Positions 52,720 to 61,411 of a DNA stretch of 64,000 bases are shown piece after piece. Source of the stretch: a virus; the IMG/VR virus record IMGVR_UViG_3300046115_000180; one strand, 5' to 3'. Both the position numbers and the translations under genes were made by a program. Below the pieces are notes generated by a model. That model worked only from the letters and a program-made list of their open reading frames with translations. It had not been told where the DNA came from and searched no databases. Numbering within the stretch: position 1 is the first letter of the stretch; each line of letters begins with the position of its first letter.

Positions 52720-53076
52720 ATGTCAAATACACCAACACCCACACCCAATACACCACACAAACCACTCAATCAAGCCAGTGCCGCGCAACTCGCGCACGGG
52801 TTTGCTCGATACTGCCAACTCAGCAAAGAATTGGAGTCGGGCATCATCACGCCGGAAACTGCCACCAAGTCGGCAGAGCGCGACGGACTGCACAAACACC
52901 TGACCGCCACTCTGCTATCCCATGCCGGCGAACTACTCGGCGCCTGGAACGTCGTGCGCACTGAATACGAACCTCTTCTTCGCTCCGTCGCAACTGTTTT
53001 CGGCAGAATCGGGTTACTCGGCGGTGCAGAAGAACAGCCGCAACCGGCGAATGTGGAACCGCTGCCTAAGCAATGA
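52720..53076 (+). CDS. hypothetical protein (118 aa)
   Basis: ORF. Confidence 0.5.
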   Translation: MSNTPTPTPNTPHKPLNQASAAQLAHGFARYCQLSKELESGIITPETATKSAERDGLHKHLTATLLSHAGELLGAWNVVRTEYEPLLRSVATVFGRIGLLGGAEEQPQPANVEPLPKQ

Positions 53077-53088
53077 TCGAGCAACTAT

Positions 53089-53177
53089 CGAAGGGTGGGC
53101 GTAACGCGCACGTAAGTGCCGGCAACGTCGGAGTGGTAGCGCCCTCTATGCCGGTTCGAATCCGGCCCCTTCGACCA
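53089..53177 (+). ncRNA. tRNA-like element (acceptor stem, T-arm, CCA) without a canonical cloverleaf
   Basis: GCCGG-TTCGAAT-CCGGC T-arm. CGAAGGG (53089-53095) pairs with CCCTTCG (53167-53173), followed by ACCA. I could not fold a D-arm or anticodon arm in the 54 nt between. Confidence 0.4.
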
Positions 53178-53185
53178 TCTTACCG

Positions 53186-53271
53186 GAAGCGGCAGTATTC
53201 TATGAGTCCAAGGAGCACAATCCCATTCATACGTTACAACATCTAAAGTGAATCATGGATACTGCCGCTTC
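53186..53271. repeat. 13-bp perfect inverted repeat flanking 60 nt
   Basis: GAAGCGGCAGTAT (53186-53198) and ATACTGCCGCTTC (53259-53271). The right arm covers codons 2-6 of the 58-aa ORF. Confidence 0.7.
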
Positions 53272-53431
53272 TACTCCCAAAATCTGGCTAACCGCGCATT
53301 GGCGATCCGGCGAACAGCCGACTTATCAATGGCTATCGCCCGATGGGTTCGAGTATAGTCCGGTCTTGACAAATTACAAAGAAGCCCTACAATACCCCGA
53401 GAAACATAAACTTGAAATATTGAAGCATTGA
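53255..53431 (+). CDS. small hypothetical protein (58 aa)
   Basis: Not in the ORF track. MDTAASTPKIWLTAHW... The stop lies 1 nt before the next ATG. Confidence 0.4.
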   Translation: MDTAASTPKIWLTAHWRSGEQPTYQWLSPDGFEYSPVLTNYKEALQYPEKHKLEILKH

Positions 53432-53432
53432 A

Positions 53433-54248
53433 ATGAAAATAACCAAAGCAATCGCAAAGAAAGTCCTCTCGGTCGTGGATGCGGGATTAGTCCACGGACT
53501 GGGCAATAGCAAGCCCGGCGAAATGTGCGTCGAGGCCGCTGTGTGCTTCGCACTTGGACTTCCGCACTCTGATAACCCGCCATGCGTGGGAGCCGCCGTT
53601 CGGTCGTTCAAAATCCGGTTAAACGATTCCCCATGGTCGTCGGATGGCGCGCGCGCGAAAGGGATGCGAAAACTCGCCGTCGCGCAACTTGGTTCCGACG
53701 TTATTATTCAGAAAGAATTTTCAAAACGTCTCGCGATCAAAACCTGCCAGCGGCTGCTGCCCAAGATTCTCCGGTTGGTGGCAGAGAAACAGGAAGTGCC
53801 CTTTAAGACAGAGTTGCTAAAACACGTTGGGTCGTGTGAAAAAGTTTTGACGCTGAAAGAAGCGGAAGGGGCTGCGCAAAACGCCGCCGCTACCGTCGCC
53901 GCCGCCAACGCCGCCGCCTACTGCGCCGCCTACTGCGCCGCCAACCGCGCTGCCGTTCGCGCCAACGCCGCCGCCAACGCCGCCGCCTACTGCGCCGCCA
54001 ACGCCGCCGCCGCCGCCAACGCCGCCGCCAACGCCGCCGCCAACGCCGCCGCCTACTGCGCCGCCAACGCCGCCGCCGCCGCCAACGCCGCCGCCTACTG
54101 CGCCGCCTACTGCGCCGCCTACTGCGCCCACGCCGCCGCTACCGCCGCCCAAGATGAATTCCTTTCTTTTTCGGCGGATCTCGCGCTGGAAGTCCTCATT
54201 GAGTTAGAGTCGCCTGGAACGAAGTTTTTGGATCTTTGCAAAATATGA
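53433..54248 (+). CDS. protein with Cys-containing N-terminal domain and long NAAA/YCAA tetrapeptide repeat
   Basis: 271 aa. About 22 four-residue units (NAAA, YCAA) lie between residues ~150 and 240. Confidence 0.65.
   Translation: MKITKAIAKKVLSVVDAGLVHGLGNSKPGEMCVEAAVCFALGLPHSDNPPCVGAAVRSFKIRLNDSPWSSDGARAKGMRKLAVAQLGSDVIIQKEFSKRLAIKTCQRLLPKILRLVAEKQEVPFKTELLKHVGSCEKVLTLKEAEGAAQNAAATVAAANAAAYCAAYCAANRAAVRANAAANAAAYCAANAAAAANAAANAAANAAAYCAANAAAAANAAAYCAAYCAAYCAHAAATAAQDEFLSFSADLALEVLIELESPGTKFLDLCKI
53878..54152 (+). repeat. 12-nt tandem repeat (AACGCCGCCGCC / TACTGCGCCGCC)
   Basis: Directly visible in the sequence. In frame within 53433..54248. Confidence 0.9.
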
Positions 54249-54763
54249 ACTATCAAATAGCACAACCACTTGACATCGACCACATGCCTGCGGAAGTGGC
54301 CACCGAAATGTTGGCGTCCCCGCGGGCTAAGCTTACGGCACGGCAACGGAAAACCTGCATGGCGGCGCGGCAACGTGTTTTTGCTACCGAGTCCGGGGCA
54401 CCGCTTCGCCGCCGAATTCTAAGCCGACCTATCATGGAAAGAAAAGCCAACCGGCACCTTTTCCGGCATGGGGTAAAAACCGGTTTATTTTTCGACGAAA
54501 CCTTTTCGCCCGTCACGACCGAGCAAAAACTCGATAACAAGTTCCGAGCGATGCCGATTGCTAAGCTGGCCACGCTGCGCCGACGCGCAATACGCAACCG
54601 TGCCCGGGTGCAATACGCCTACGCTAAGCTGGCCGGCGATGAATCCAAGAAGGCGGTTCAACTGCGACGGCTGCTGGATCTCGCGGCGACACATCACGAA
54701 GCGGTTCAGGATAGTGCGCAGAGCATCGTCAACGCACGACTGAAACGAGCCAATGCTGACTGA
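54245..54763 (+). CDS. hypothetical basic protein (172 aa)
   Basis: ATGA-coupled start (MNYQIAQ). Confidence 0.5.
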   Translation: MNYQIAQPLDIDHMPAEVATEMLASPRAKLTARQRKTCMAARQRVFATESGAPLRRRILSRPIMERKANRHLFRHGVKTGLFFDETFSPVTTEQKLDNKFRAMPIAKLATLRRRAIRNRARVQYAYAKLAGDESKKAVQLRRLLDLAATHHEAVQDSAQSIVNARLKRANAD

Positions 54764-54938
54764 TTTACCGATTTTCATGGACGGCTCCGACGGCAGTCTC
54801 TGGCCGCTCGATCCGGAAACTGAATGGCCACGCGTGTTGAGTGGCGCCGTCGACCGGGATCACCGGTATCTTCGAGTCTCTGATGTAATCGCACTTTTGA
54901 ATCAATATGAATCGAAAAAACACACGGAACACTCGTGA
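54753..54938 (+). CDS. hypothetical protein (61 aa)
   Basis: ORF overlapping both neighbours. Confidence 0.35.
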   Translation: MLTDLPIFMDGSDGSLWPLDPETEWPRVLSGAVDRDHRYLRVSDVIALLNQYESKKHTEHS

Positions 54939-55167
54939 TCTAGGTTTCGGCGCCGGTAAGGGTGATGTCCCGAGGACCATTTTCAATGCAGAATGGCGGG
55001 CGCGTTTCGACTTGATTGGTTGGCCCTCGTGTAGGTGCTGCGGTGGCGCCGGAAAAATATTGCGGCTGGATGCACCCGCCGGATGCTCGTGGTGTTTCGG
55101 CACCGGAAAAAATTTGGAAGGATTCCAACGCGACGGAGCCAACCGGCTCATCAAACGCTACAAATGA
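54907..55167 (+). CDS. small DnaJ-type zinc-finger protein (two CxxCxGxG motifs)
   Basis: CRCCGGAGK and CSWCFGTGK. Confidence 0.55.
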   Translation: MNRKNTRNTRDLGFGAGKGDVPRTIFNAEWRARFDLIGWPSCRCCGGAGKILRLDAPAGCSWCFGTGKNLEGFQRDGANRLIKRYK

Positions 55168-55224
55168 GATATGGGCAGTGGAACTATCCGCCAATCCCCC
55201 CATTGGGCTTTGAAACAAATAATT

Positions 55225-55386
55225 ATGCCAAAAGAAACTATTTCGAAAGAACGTCAAGAAGTGCTCCGGGAAAAACTGGAAGTCATAGTCGAAGCACTGC
55301 AGCCACTGTCCGCGGAAGAACGGGTCCGCGTTCTTCGGACGACGGCGGTGTTTTTCAATCTTGAACGGGACGTGGAATTCGAATAA
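55225..55386 (+). CDS. hypothetical protein (53 aa)
   Basis: Internal ATG (MPKETISKE) of ORF 55171..55386. Confidence 0.4.
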   Translation: MPKETISKERQEVLREKLEVIVEALQPLSAEERVRVLRTTAVFFNLERDVEFE

Positions 55387-55546
55387 CTAAACGACGTGTT
55401 GACCCCATCGCCGGACGTGGGGAATGCCAGCCAGTAAACGGCTGATGCATACAACGGATGACGCAACGCCCGGATGCGGTAACCGAAGCCTGAGAGATCT
55501 GAATGCATGCAGAGTCGGTGACAGCCGGAGAGACGGCGTTGAATCA

Positions 55547-55819
55547 ATGAAAGAAAAATTCCTCATCCGATGCAGAGAAACCGGGCTGTTTTACCATCCG
55601 GGATTCGTCGGTCCGGTGCTCTCCGGTCCGTGGGTGCCACAACCGGCGGCGCGCCGATTTGACAAGACCAATGCGGAGTGGTATGCTGCGCACCTGGAAC
55701 AAATCAAACATTGCGTGCATGTCGTCCCGGCGGATTGGGCACCGGCCGTGGAGGCGGACCCCCTTAAGGTGCGCGTGCGAAATTTTTTCGTGGCGATTTA
55801 CCATTTTTTCAAACACTAA
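55547..55819 (+). CDS. hypothetical protein (90 aa)
   Basis: Internal ATG (MKEKFLIRC) of ORF 55424..55819. Confidence 0.45.
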   Translation: MKEKFLIRCRETGLFYHPGFVGPVLSGPWVPQPAARRFDKTNAEWYAAHLEQIKHCVHVVPADWAPAVEADPLKVRVRNFFVAIYHFFKH

Positions 55820-55820
55820 T

Positions 55821-57146
55821 ATGAGCGAACGAATTATATCCCTCACATCGGAAAACATAAAACGGCTGCGCGCAGTCCACATAACGCCGAACGGACAGAG
55901 CGTCGAAATTGCAGGCCGCAACGGCGCCGGCAAATCGTCTGTGCTCGATAGCATCTGGTATGCCCTGGCCGGCCGTTCTGTTCTTCCGGACCGACCCATC
56001 CGCGATGGCGAAAGCCGGGCGGAGGTGACGGTGGAATTGGAAAACTACACCGTCACGCGCAGTTTCACGGCCGCGGGGGGTGGCACCCTCAAAGTAACGC
56101 CCAAAGCGACGCCCGGCGACGGTAAGCCGATTGCAAGTCCGCAAGCGTTCCTCGACGGGCTGTTCTCTGCCCTCACCTTCGACCCGTTTGAATTTACCCG
56201 GCTCAAAGACTCTGAGCAGGGGGCTACCCTTCGCGAGCTGCTCGGGCTGGATTTTTCGGAGGATGATGCGCGTCGTAAACTGTGTTACGATAAACGGACT
56301 GAACTGGGGCGGGAAGAAATCTGTCTGCGGTCGAAATTGAATGGCCGAGTATCCGACCGCGCCGTGGCTGACGCGGCTCCAATTGTGCTGGCGGATGTGC
56401 TTGCGGCTCGCGCGGCGGCTGTCTCGCGCAATAGCGCAAAGCAAGTTCGGCAACAGGAACTCGGCCGAAAACAGGACCGGCTCAAGAGTTTCGACCAGGA
56501 GATCTCTGCGCTCAAAACTGCGGTCGACTCGTTAAAACAGCAACTGGCGAATACGGAAGTGAAGCTTCAGGCGCAGCAATCCGCGCGTCGCGATTTGGAA
56601 GAGGTAATTTGCCGAGAGGGCGCCGAACTGTCCGGAATTATTTTTGACGACTTGGCTGTTTTCGATACTCAGGTGCTCGAAGCGGAGCAACACAACCGGC
56701 GGATTGAAGAAAATCGCCAAGTGCGTAATATTCAGGATGCCGTCGCGAATGTCCAAAGTGCGATAGCCGCGCTTTCTTGTGATATTGATTCTATTGATAC
56801 GAGCAAGGCGCAAGCGTTAGCGGGTGCCAAGTTCCCGCTGCATGGGCTCAGCTTTTCGACTACCGGCGGCGTCGCGTTCAACGGCGTTCCGTTTTCGCAA
56901 ATCTCCACCGGGGAACAAATCCGGGTGTCGACCGCCATCGGGCTGAGTCTCAACCCAGGGCTGAAGGTAATCTTCATCCGCAACGGCAGCCTCATTGACG
57001 ACGCCGGCATTAGGACGCTCTGTGAATTAGCGCAGGCCGCGGGCGCCCAAATCTGGATCGAGCGCGTCGGCGCGTTGTCGGGCGAATTGCCGGGCGTGGT
57101 CATTGAGGACGGCGCCGTGGTGTCGTCCACGGTGGTGACGCCATGA
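55821..57146 (+). CDS. SMC-family ATPase (SbcC/Rad50/RecN-like)
   Basis: Walker A GRNGAGKSS, a central coiled coil, signature-like STGEQIRVS and Walker B VIFIRNGSLIDD. Confidence 0.7.
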   Translation: MSERIISLTSENIKRLRAVHITPNGQSVEIAGRNGAGKSSVLDSIWYALAGRSVLPDRPIRDGESRAEVTVELENYTVTRSFTAAGGGTLKVTPKATPGDGKPIASPQAFLDGLFSALTFDPFEFTRLKDSEQGATLRELLGLDFSEDDARRKLCYDKRTELGREEICLRSKLNGRVSDRAVADAAPIVLADVLAARAAAVSRNSAKQVRQQELGRKQDRLKSFDQEISALKTAVDSLKQQLANTEVKLQAQQSARRDLEEVICREGAELSGIIFDDLAVFDTQVLEAEQHNRRIEENRQVRNIQDAVANVQSAIAALSCDIDSIDTSKAQALAGAKFPLHGLSFSTTGGVAFNGVPFSQISTGEQIRVSTAIGLSLNPGLKVIFIRNGSLIDDAGIRTLCELAQAAGAQIWIERVGALSGELPGVVIEDGAVVSSTVVTP

Positions 57147-57385
57147 GATGGATTCACGAACCGCACGTGCCGGTTTTGGGAGAGCATCGTGTTTGCACCA
57201 AGTTTTTATGGGGGCCGCGCCGCATTGGAAATGAAACCCGGTGGTTGGAGTGGTCAACTTGGATTGAAGTATTTAAACAGGACGGATATGATCGAGACTG
57301 GGTGCCGGTAAGGTGGGAATTTCAAGATGAAGACGGACGCCCTTTCGGTTCCTCAGCCAAATTGCCCACGGTGCCAAGCAACTAA
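57143..57385 (+). CDS. hypothetical protein (80 aa)
   Basis: ATGA-coupled. Confidence 0.5.
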   Translation: MRWIHEPHVPVLGEHRVCTKFLWGPRRIGNETRWLEWSTWIEVFKQDGYDRDWVPVRWEFQDEDGRPFGSSAKLPTVPSN

Positions 57386-57387
57386 TT

Positions 57388-57987
57388 ATGAAATACTCTA
57401 TACGTGCAGCCCAGATGTTTGCGACCACCCGCACTCGGATTGTCGATGTCGCAACTGCGGTTGCCGATACATGCTTTTTTCGCCGCCGGCTCAAACAGGA
57501 ACTATACCAAGTCCGCCAGGAGTTAGCGGAAACACACTGCCAGTGGCAAATTCAAAAGGAAGTGAATGAAAACTACCGAGTGGACGAAATGTCAGCGCGT
57601 GCACTACTGATGCAACTTCGAGTGCACCAGGAGTCCGTGCGTGGCCGCACTGGCTTTATGGTCTCGGCCTTTGTGCCGACTGACGTGCTGGAACGGTTGC
57701 AAAAAGGTAGCCCGCAGCAACGGCTCAATTTTCAAATGCGAGTGTCAAAGGTGCTGGTCGAGCACGCGTTGAAAGGAATGTTCCGAGTAACTTCGAAGGG
57801 CACTATGACTGCGATGATTTTCGAACCCCTGGGTCCGAAATCAAATAAGCGGATCGTCTCGGCTTTGTTTGAGACGAAAGATGGCCAGCGTGTAATCGAA
57901 TCTCCGGCTACGTCGCCGGACGTGAGGGCGATTCGGGACGCGCAGCAACGACAACTGAACGGAACCGACGAATGGTCGCCAACATGA
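57388..57987 (+). CDS. hypothetical protein (199 aa)
   Basis: ORF. Confidence 0.5.
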   Translation: MKYSIRAAQMFATTRTRIVDVATAVADTCFFRRRLKQELYQVRQELAETHCQWQIQKEVNENYRVDEMSARALLMQLRVHQESVRGRTGFMVSAFVPTDVLERLQKGSPQQRLNFQMRVSKVLVEHALKGMFRVTSKGTMTAMIFEPLGPKSNKRIVSALFETKDGQRVIESPATSPDVRAIRDAQQRQLNGTDEWSPT

Positions 57988-58032
57988 ACGATCCAAGAGG
58001 ATCAACGACAATTGAATTCGGGAGAGTAAAAA

Positions 58033-58263
58033 ATGATGAATAAATCTAAACGCGCATTGGTCACGCTCGCCCGGCTGTTCCAAAATACTCTTTTTGTTTT
58101 TGCGGTAGTTTTGGTTTACGCCGGAGCGCTGGCAGCCCCTGGCACCATCGCATATGGTTTTTCTCACCGCGTCGACGTGGCCCTTGCCGTCACGGCCGTC
58201 TGGTGGGCGTTTGTGGCGTCTCTGATAATCAGAGAACTTTGGGATTCTACCAGTGGCCTATGA
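58033..58263 (+). CDS. two-helix membrane protein (76 aa)
   Basis: Two hydrophobic stretches. Confidence 0.5.
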   Translation: MMNKSKRALVTLARLFQNTLFVFAVVLVYAGALAAPGTIAYGFSHRVDVALAVTAVWWAFVASLIIRELWDSTSGL

Positions 58264-58361
58264 ACGATCCCCGCGAAGAATTCGTAATGCAGTTTTGGCT
58301 CGGCGTGGTGCTTGTGGTCGCGGTTATCATTGTCCTCGCACGCGCGGTAATTTTTCATTAA
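58260..58361 (+). CDS. tiny membrane peptide (33 aa)
   Basis: Not in the ORF track. ATGA-coupled, with hydrophobic segment FWLGVVLVVAVIIVLA. Confidence 0.35.
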   Translation: MNDPREEFVMQFWLGVVLVVAVIIVLARAVIFH

Positions 58362-58473
58362 CCATCTTGACATATGGTCCGTCTCGTGTTACAAATCATT
58401 ATACTCAGCGCAGCCTCGGTCGCAGTATGGTTCGTGACCGCGGTAGTGATAAAAATTCTGAATTGTTTAAACA

Positions 58474-58683
58474 ATGAAAATTAAATTCGATAACTCGCCC
58501 GCGAAATTGGAAATCTCCACGCCGCATGGCTCTGTTGAAATCGAGATATGGCCAACCAGCGGCATTGGAGCATGCGGAGGGGGCGGCAGCACGCATATCA
58601 CCGTGAAACCAAACCTGGAATACTCAGACCAGTGCCTGCGTTCCGACGACGGCACACGCGTCATTCTTAAACCCCGAAGCTAG
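58474..58683 (+). CDS. hypothetical protein (69 aa)
   Basis: The ATG directly follows GTTTAAACA. Confidence 0.5.
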   Translation: MKIKFDNSPAKLEISTPHGSVEIEIWPTSGIGACGGGGSTHITVKPNLEYSDQCLRSDDGTRVILKPRS

Positions 58684-58906
58684 TATGAAAAGAGATTGAG
58701 GCGCTTCTCCAAGAGTCGACGAGCTATGCCGATGCGAGCAAGAAAACTCGGCGCCGCTGGCAGTCGACTGCGGCCCGGCGAATCGCCGAACTGGCGAAGT
58801 GAATTTGTGACACGTGAACATACTGAATGGATTGCGGCGTTTTGGTCGATTGTTGAAATGGAACAACCGAGCGACGCGTTGCAAACCAAAATCTCCCAAG
58901 CCTATT

Positions 58907-59905
58907 ATGAACGAACTCAACGACAGATCTCTGAAACGACCCCTCGACAAGTCCGCTATGGGCAACGACGTGGGCGCTCTTAACGCCTTGATGGGCATCC
59001 TCAACAACCCAGCCATTACCGGCGCCGCAGTCCCGAAACCTGGGGACGATGAAGACGGCTCTGGGGCGACGCAGTTACCGGCGGACCCCGCGGTCGCGGC
59101 TTCACGTGCACCTAAAGTCACCACACCGGCGCCCGCGCCTCGGCGCAAGATCACCGGTCTCAAGTTCGCCTTCACCGGCCGGATCAAGTCGGGCAAGGAC
59201 TATGTCGCCGCCGCCCTCAATGCGAAAATTTTCGGTTTCGCCGAGCCGTTGTATGCCCTGCAGGACCATTTTTTCGGCACGCATGCGGTGACTGACCCGA
59301 AGCAGAAAGATATCCCCGGCGCGCGCCAGTTTCTGCAAACGGTTGGCCAGTGGGGGTGGGGTGCCGTCAATGAAAAATATCAACTCACGCCGGCGAGGGC
59401 GGCATTTATCACGATGATTCGCTCGCTCGGTGCCGCCGGAGTTTTTCCGGCGCACCTCCAGGTCGACTGGGAAAGTTTCGGCAAGGATAAAGAGATCTGG
59501 GTCCGGGCTGCGCTCCGGCGCATCGACGAATTCATGGCGGCGCACCCTGGCCAGCGCATCGCCATCGTGAATGCGCGATTCGAGCATGAATTCACCCCGC
59601 TAAAACAAGCCGGGTTTGAACACTATCACGTGATGTGCAGTTCGAAGACCTGGGCGGAGAGGATTGCGAAGGCCGGGCTGACGGAAAAATCGCCAGCGGT
59701 TCTGGATATGTCCGAGAAACTCGCGCATGCACTCGACCAGAGTGTCATCAAGCAGATCTCCGCGCAAAAGTCCGGGCCGATGTTGAAAGCAATCTGGAAC
59801 GACAGCACGGTGCAATCGCCGTCGAACCGGCTGTATACTCTGCAGAACTTTTTGCAGGAAGCCGCGGTCTCCGAAGTGCCGGATAACTATGCCTCGGCAG
59901 AATAA
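58907..59905 (+). CDS. dNMP kinase-like protein with low-complexity N-terminal extension (start uncertain)
   Basis: FTGRIKSGKDYVA is P-loop-like, IVNARFEHE is present, and LDMSEKL resembles the H/D-x-SE motif of T4 gp1-type kinases. Confidence 0.55.
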   Translation: MNELNDRSLKRPLDKSAMGNDVGALNALMGILNNPAITGAAVPKPGDDEDGSGATQLPADPAVAASRAPKVTTPAPAPRRKITGLKFAFTGRIKSGKDYVAAALNAKIFGFAEPLYALQDHFFGTHAVTDPKQKDIPGARQFLQTVGQWGWGAVNEKYQLTPARAAFITMIRSLGAAGVFPAHLQVDWESFGKDKEIWVRAALRRIDEFMAAHPGQRIAIVNARFEHEFTPLKQAGFEHYHVMCSSKTWAERIAKAGLTEKSPAVLDMSEKLAHALDQSVIKQISAQKSGPMLKAIWNDSTVQSPSNRLYTLQNFLQEAAVSEVPDNYASAE

Positions 59906-59972
59906 ATGGAAAGTAAATCCACTGTGGAAGTCCGCAACGCATCGCGTTCATGAAGGTTTGTGATTTAAAACC

Positions 59973-60524
59973 ATGAACGTTGGCACTAAATCATTACTCT
60001 TCGGCGTCCACCAGTTCTTGTGGCACCCCTGGACGGTCGCGAGAGCCTGGAGATTTCTCCACGGACGTTGGCCGAATTTCCCGGAATGGGTTTGCATTTT
60101 CTGTCACGACTTGGGCTACTGGGGTTGTCCAAACATGGACGGCGACATTGGTCAACGCCATCCAGAACTCGGCGCGAAACTCGCCGGCAGGATTATGTAT
60201 CACTACGCGCGATGGCGCGGCCACGACGAAGACAACGCGGAGTTTTTTCGAGAGTTGTATATCAAGTTTACACTGTTTCACTCTCGGTTTTACGCGAAGC
60301 GCGCAGGCAGACCGGTCAGCGAACTTTTCATGGCAGACAAATTGTCTATTGCTTTTGAACCGCGCTGGTGGTATCTATTGAGGGCGACGATGTCCAGCGA
60401 AATCCGAGAGTATCTCGCGAATGCGCCGGAACATCTCGCTCTCCCGAACCCGCTGTCGAAGAACCAATGGCATAACTGGTATGAACGAAAGGTATTCTCA
60501 TGGCTAAGCAACCCACCAAAGTAG
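59973..60524 (+). CDS. hypothetical protein (183 aa), possible HD-like metal-binding motif
   Basis: CHDLGYWG...GQRHPELG is only suggestive. Confidence 0.4.
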   Translation: MNVGTKSLLFGVHQFLWHPWTVARAWRFLHGRWPNFPEWVCIFCHDLGYWGCPNMDGDIGQRHPELGAKLAGRIMYHYARWRGHDEDNAEFFRELYIKFTLFHSRFYAKRAGRPVSELFMADKLSIAFEPRWWYLLRATMSSEIREYLANAPEHLALPNPLSKNQWHNWYERKVFSWLSNPPK

Positions 60525-60931
60525 TTTACATCGCCGGACCGTATCGGGCGGCAAACGAATGGGGCGTGAACCTCAACATCCGCGCGGCAGAAGAAGCCGC
60601 ACTGGCGGTCTGGCGACTCGGCGAGATTGCGCTTTGCCCACATAAGAACACAGCGTTTTTTGGCGGCGCCGCAGACGATAGCCTGTGGTTGGCCGGTTAT
60701 CTCGTGCTGTTGGCACGCTCCGACGCGGTGTTGCTCGCCGACGGCTGGGAAAATTCCTCTGGCACAATCGAAGAAGTCCTTTTCGCCATTGAGCACCGCA
60801 TTCCGGTTTTTACGAGTATCAACTCCGTCGCTGTTTGGAAATACCATGAGACCGTCATTGAAGTTCAGTCGGAAATTAAAGCTAAAGCGGTTCAACTCCG
60901 CGAAGCTCGTCGAGCGAAAACTGGGGCGTGA
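60500..60931 (+). CDS. nucleoside 2-deoxyribosyltransferase-like (DUF4406-type) protein
   Basis: VVYIAGPYRA...CPH...ADGWENSSGTIEEVLFA fits the family pattern. Confidence 0.5.
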   Translation: MAKQPTKVVYIAGPYRAANEWGVNLNIRAAEEAALAVWRLGEIALCPHKNTAFFGGAADDSLWLAGYLVLLARSDAVLLADGWENSSGTIEEVLFAIEHRIPVFTSINSVAVWKYHETVIEVQSEIKAKAVQLREARRAKTGA

Positions 60932-61154
60932 GCGGGATCGCAAGGGGCACTCCCGGTATTGCTTCGGCCAACACTATTCGGATGGCCGGATAGAGATCGA
61001 CCCGCGCCAACGCGAGCAGACTCGGCTCGACACTATTTGTCACGAGCTACTTCATCACGTGAATGAGGACTGGTCCGAGGCGCGTGTCATTGAAGCCGCC
61101 GGGATCTTCGCCAAGATACTCTGGAACGACAACTGGAGACGAGTGAGATTATGA
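60846..61154 (+). CDS. small HExxH zinc-metallopeptidase-like protein
   Basis: ICHELLHHV motif. The start overlaps the upstream gene by 86 nt, so the start is uncertain. Confidence 0.45.
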   Translation: MRPSLKFSRKLKLKRFNSAKLVERKLGRERDRKGHSRYCFGQHYSDGRIEIDPRQREQTRLDTICHELLHHVNEDWSEARVIEAAGIFAKILWNDNWRRVRL

Positions 61155-61366
61155 TAACGATAACGATACTGAGTTGGATTGGAAATGCCTGCTTGATCGC
61201 TGGGCTCTACGGCATCGGTAACAAATGGCGTCCGGCCTTTCTGCTTTCGATTGTCGGAGAATTGGCATGGATAGTTACTGCGAGTGTTCGACATGATTGG
61301 GCGCTCGTGTCTATGTGCAGTATTTTTGGCGCGATGGCGGTGCGCAGTTACATTAAGTGGAAATGA
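61151..61366 (+). CDS. three-helix membrane protein (71 aa)
   Basis: ATGA-coupled. Hydrophobic throughout. Confidence 0.5.
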   Translation: MITITILSWIGNACLIAGLYGIGNKWRPAFLLSIVGELAWIVTASVRHDWALVSMCSIFGAMAVRSYIKWK

Positions 61367-61411
61367 TTCTCGAACAGAGAGTGCGCAAAGTGGCGGAGGG
61401 CACCCTGGTCC

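Noticed and set aside
53089-53177. Calling this a bona fide tRNA gene with an assigned anticodon
   Set aside because: Only the acceptor stem, T-arm and CCA fold. No register gave a D-arm or a 5-bp anticodon stem with a 7-nt loop, so no isotype can be supported by eye.
53817-54152. Minus-strand Gly-rich ORF (GGVGGAVGG...) opposite the Ala-repeat region
   Set aside because: It is the mirror image of the 12-nt repeat. It runs against the local gene direction and has no start context. The plus-strand frame is embedded in a 271-aa ORF with ATGA-coupled neighbours.
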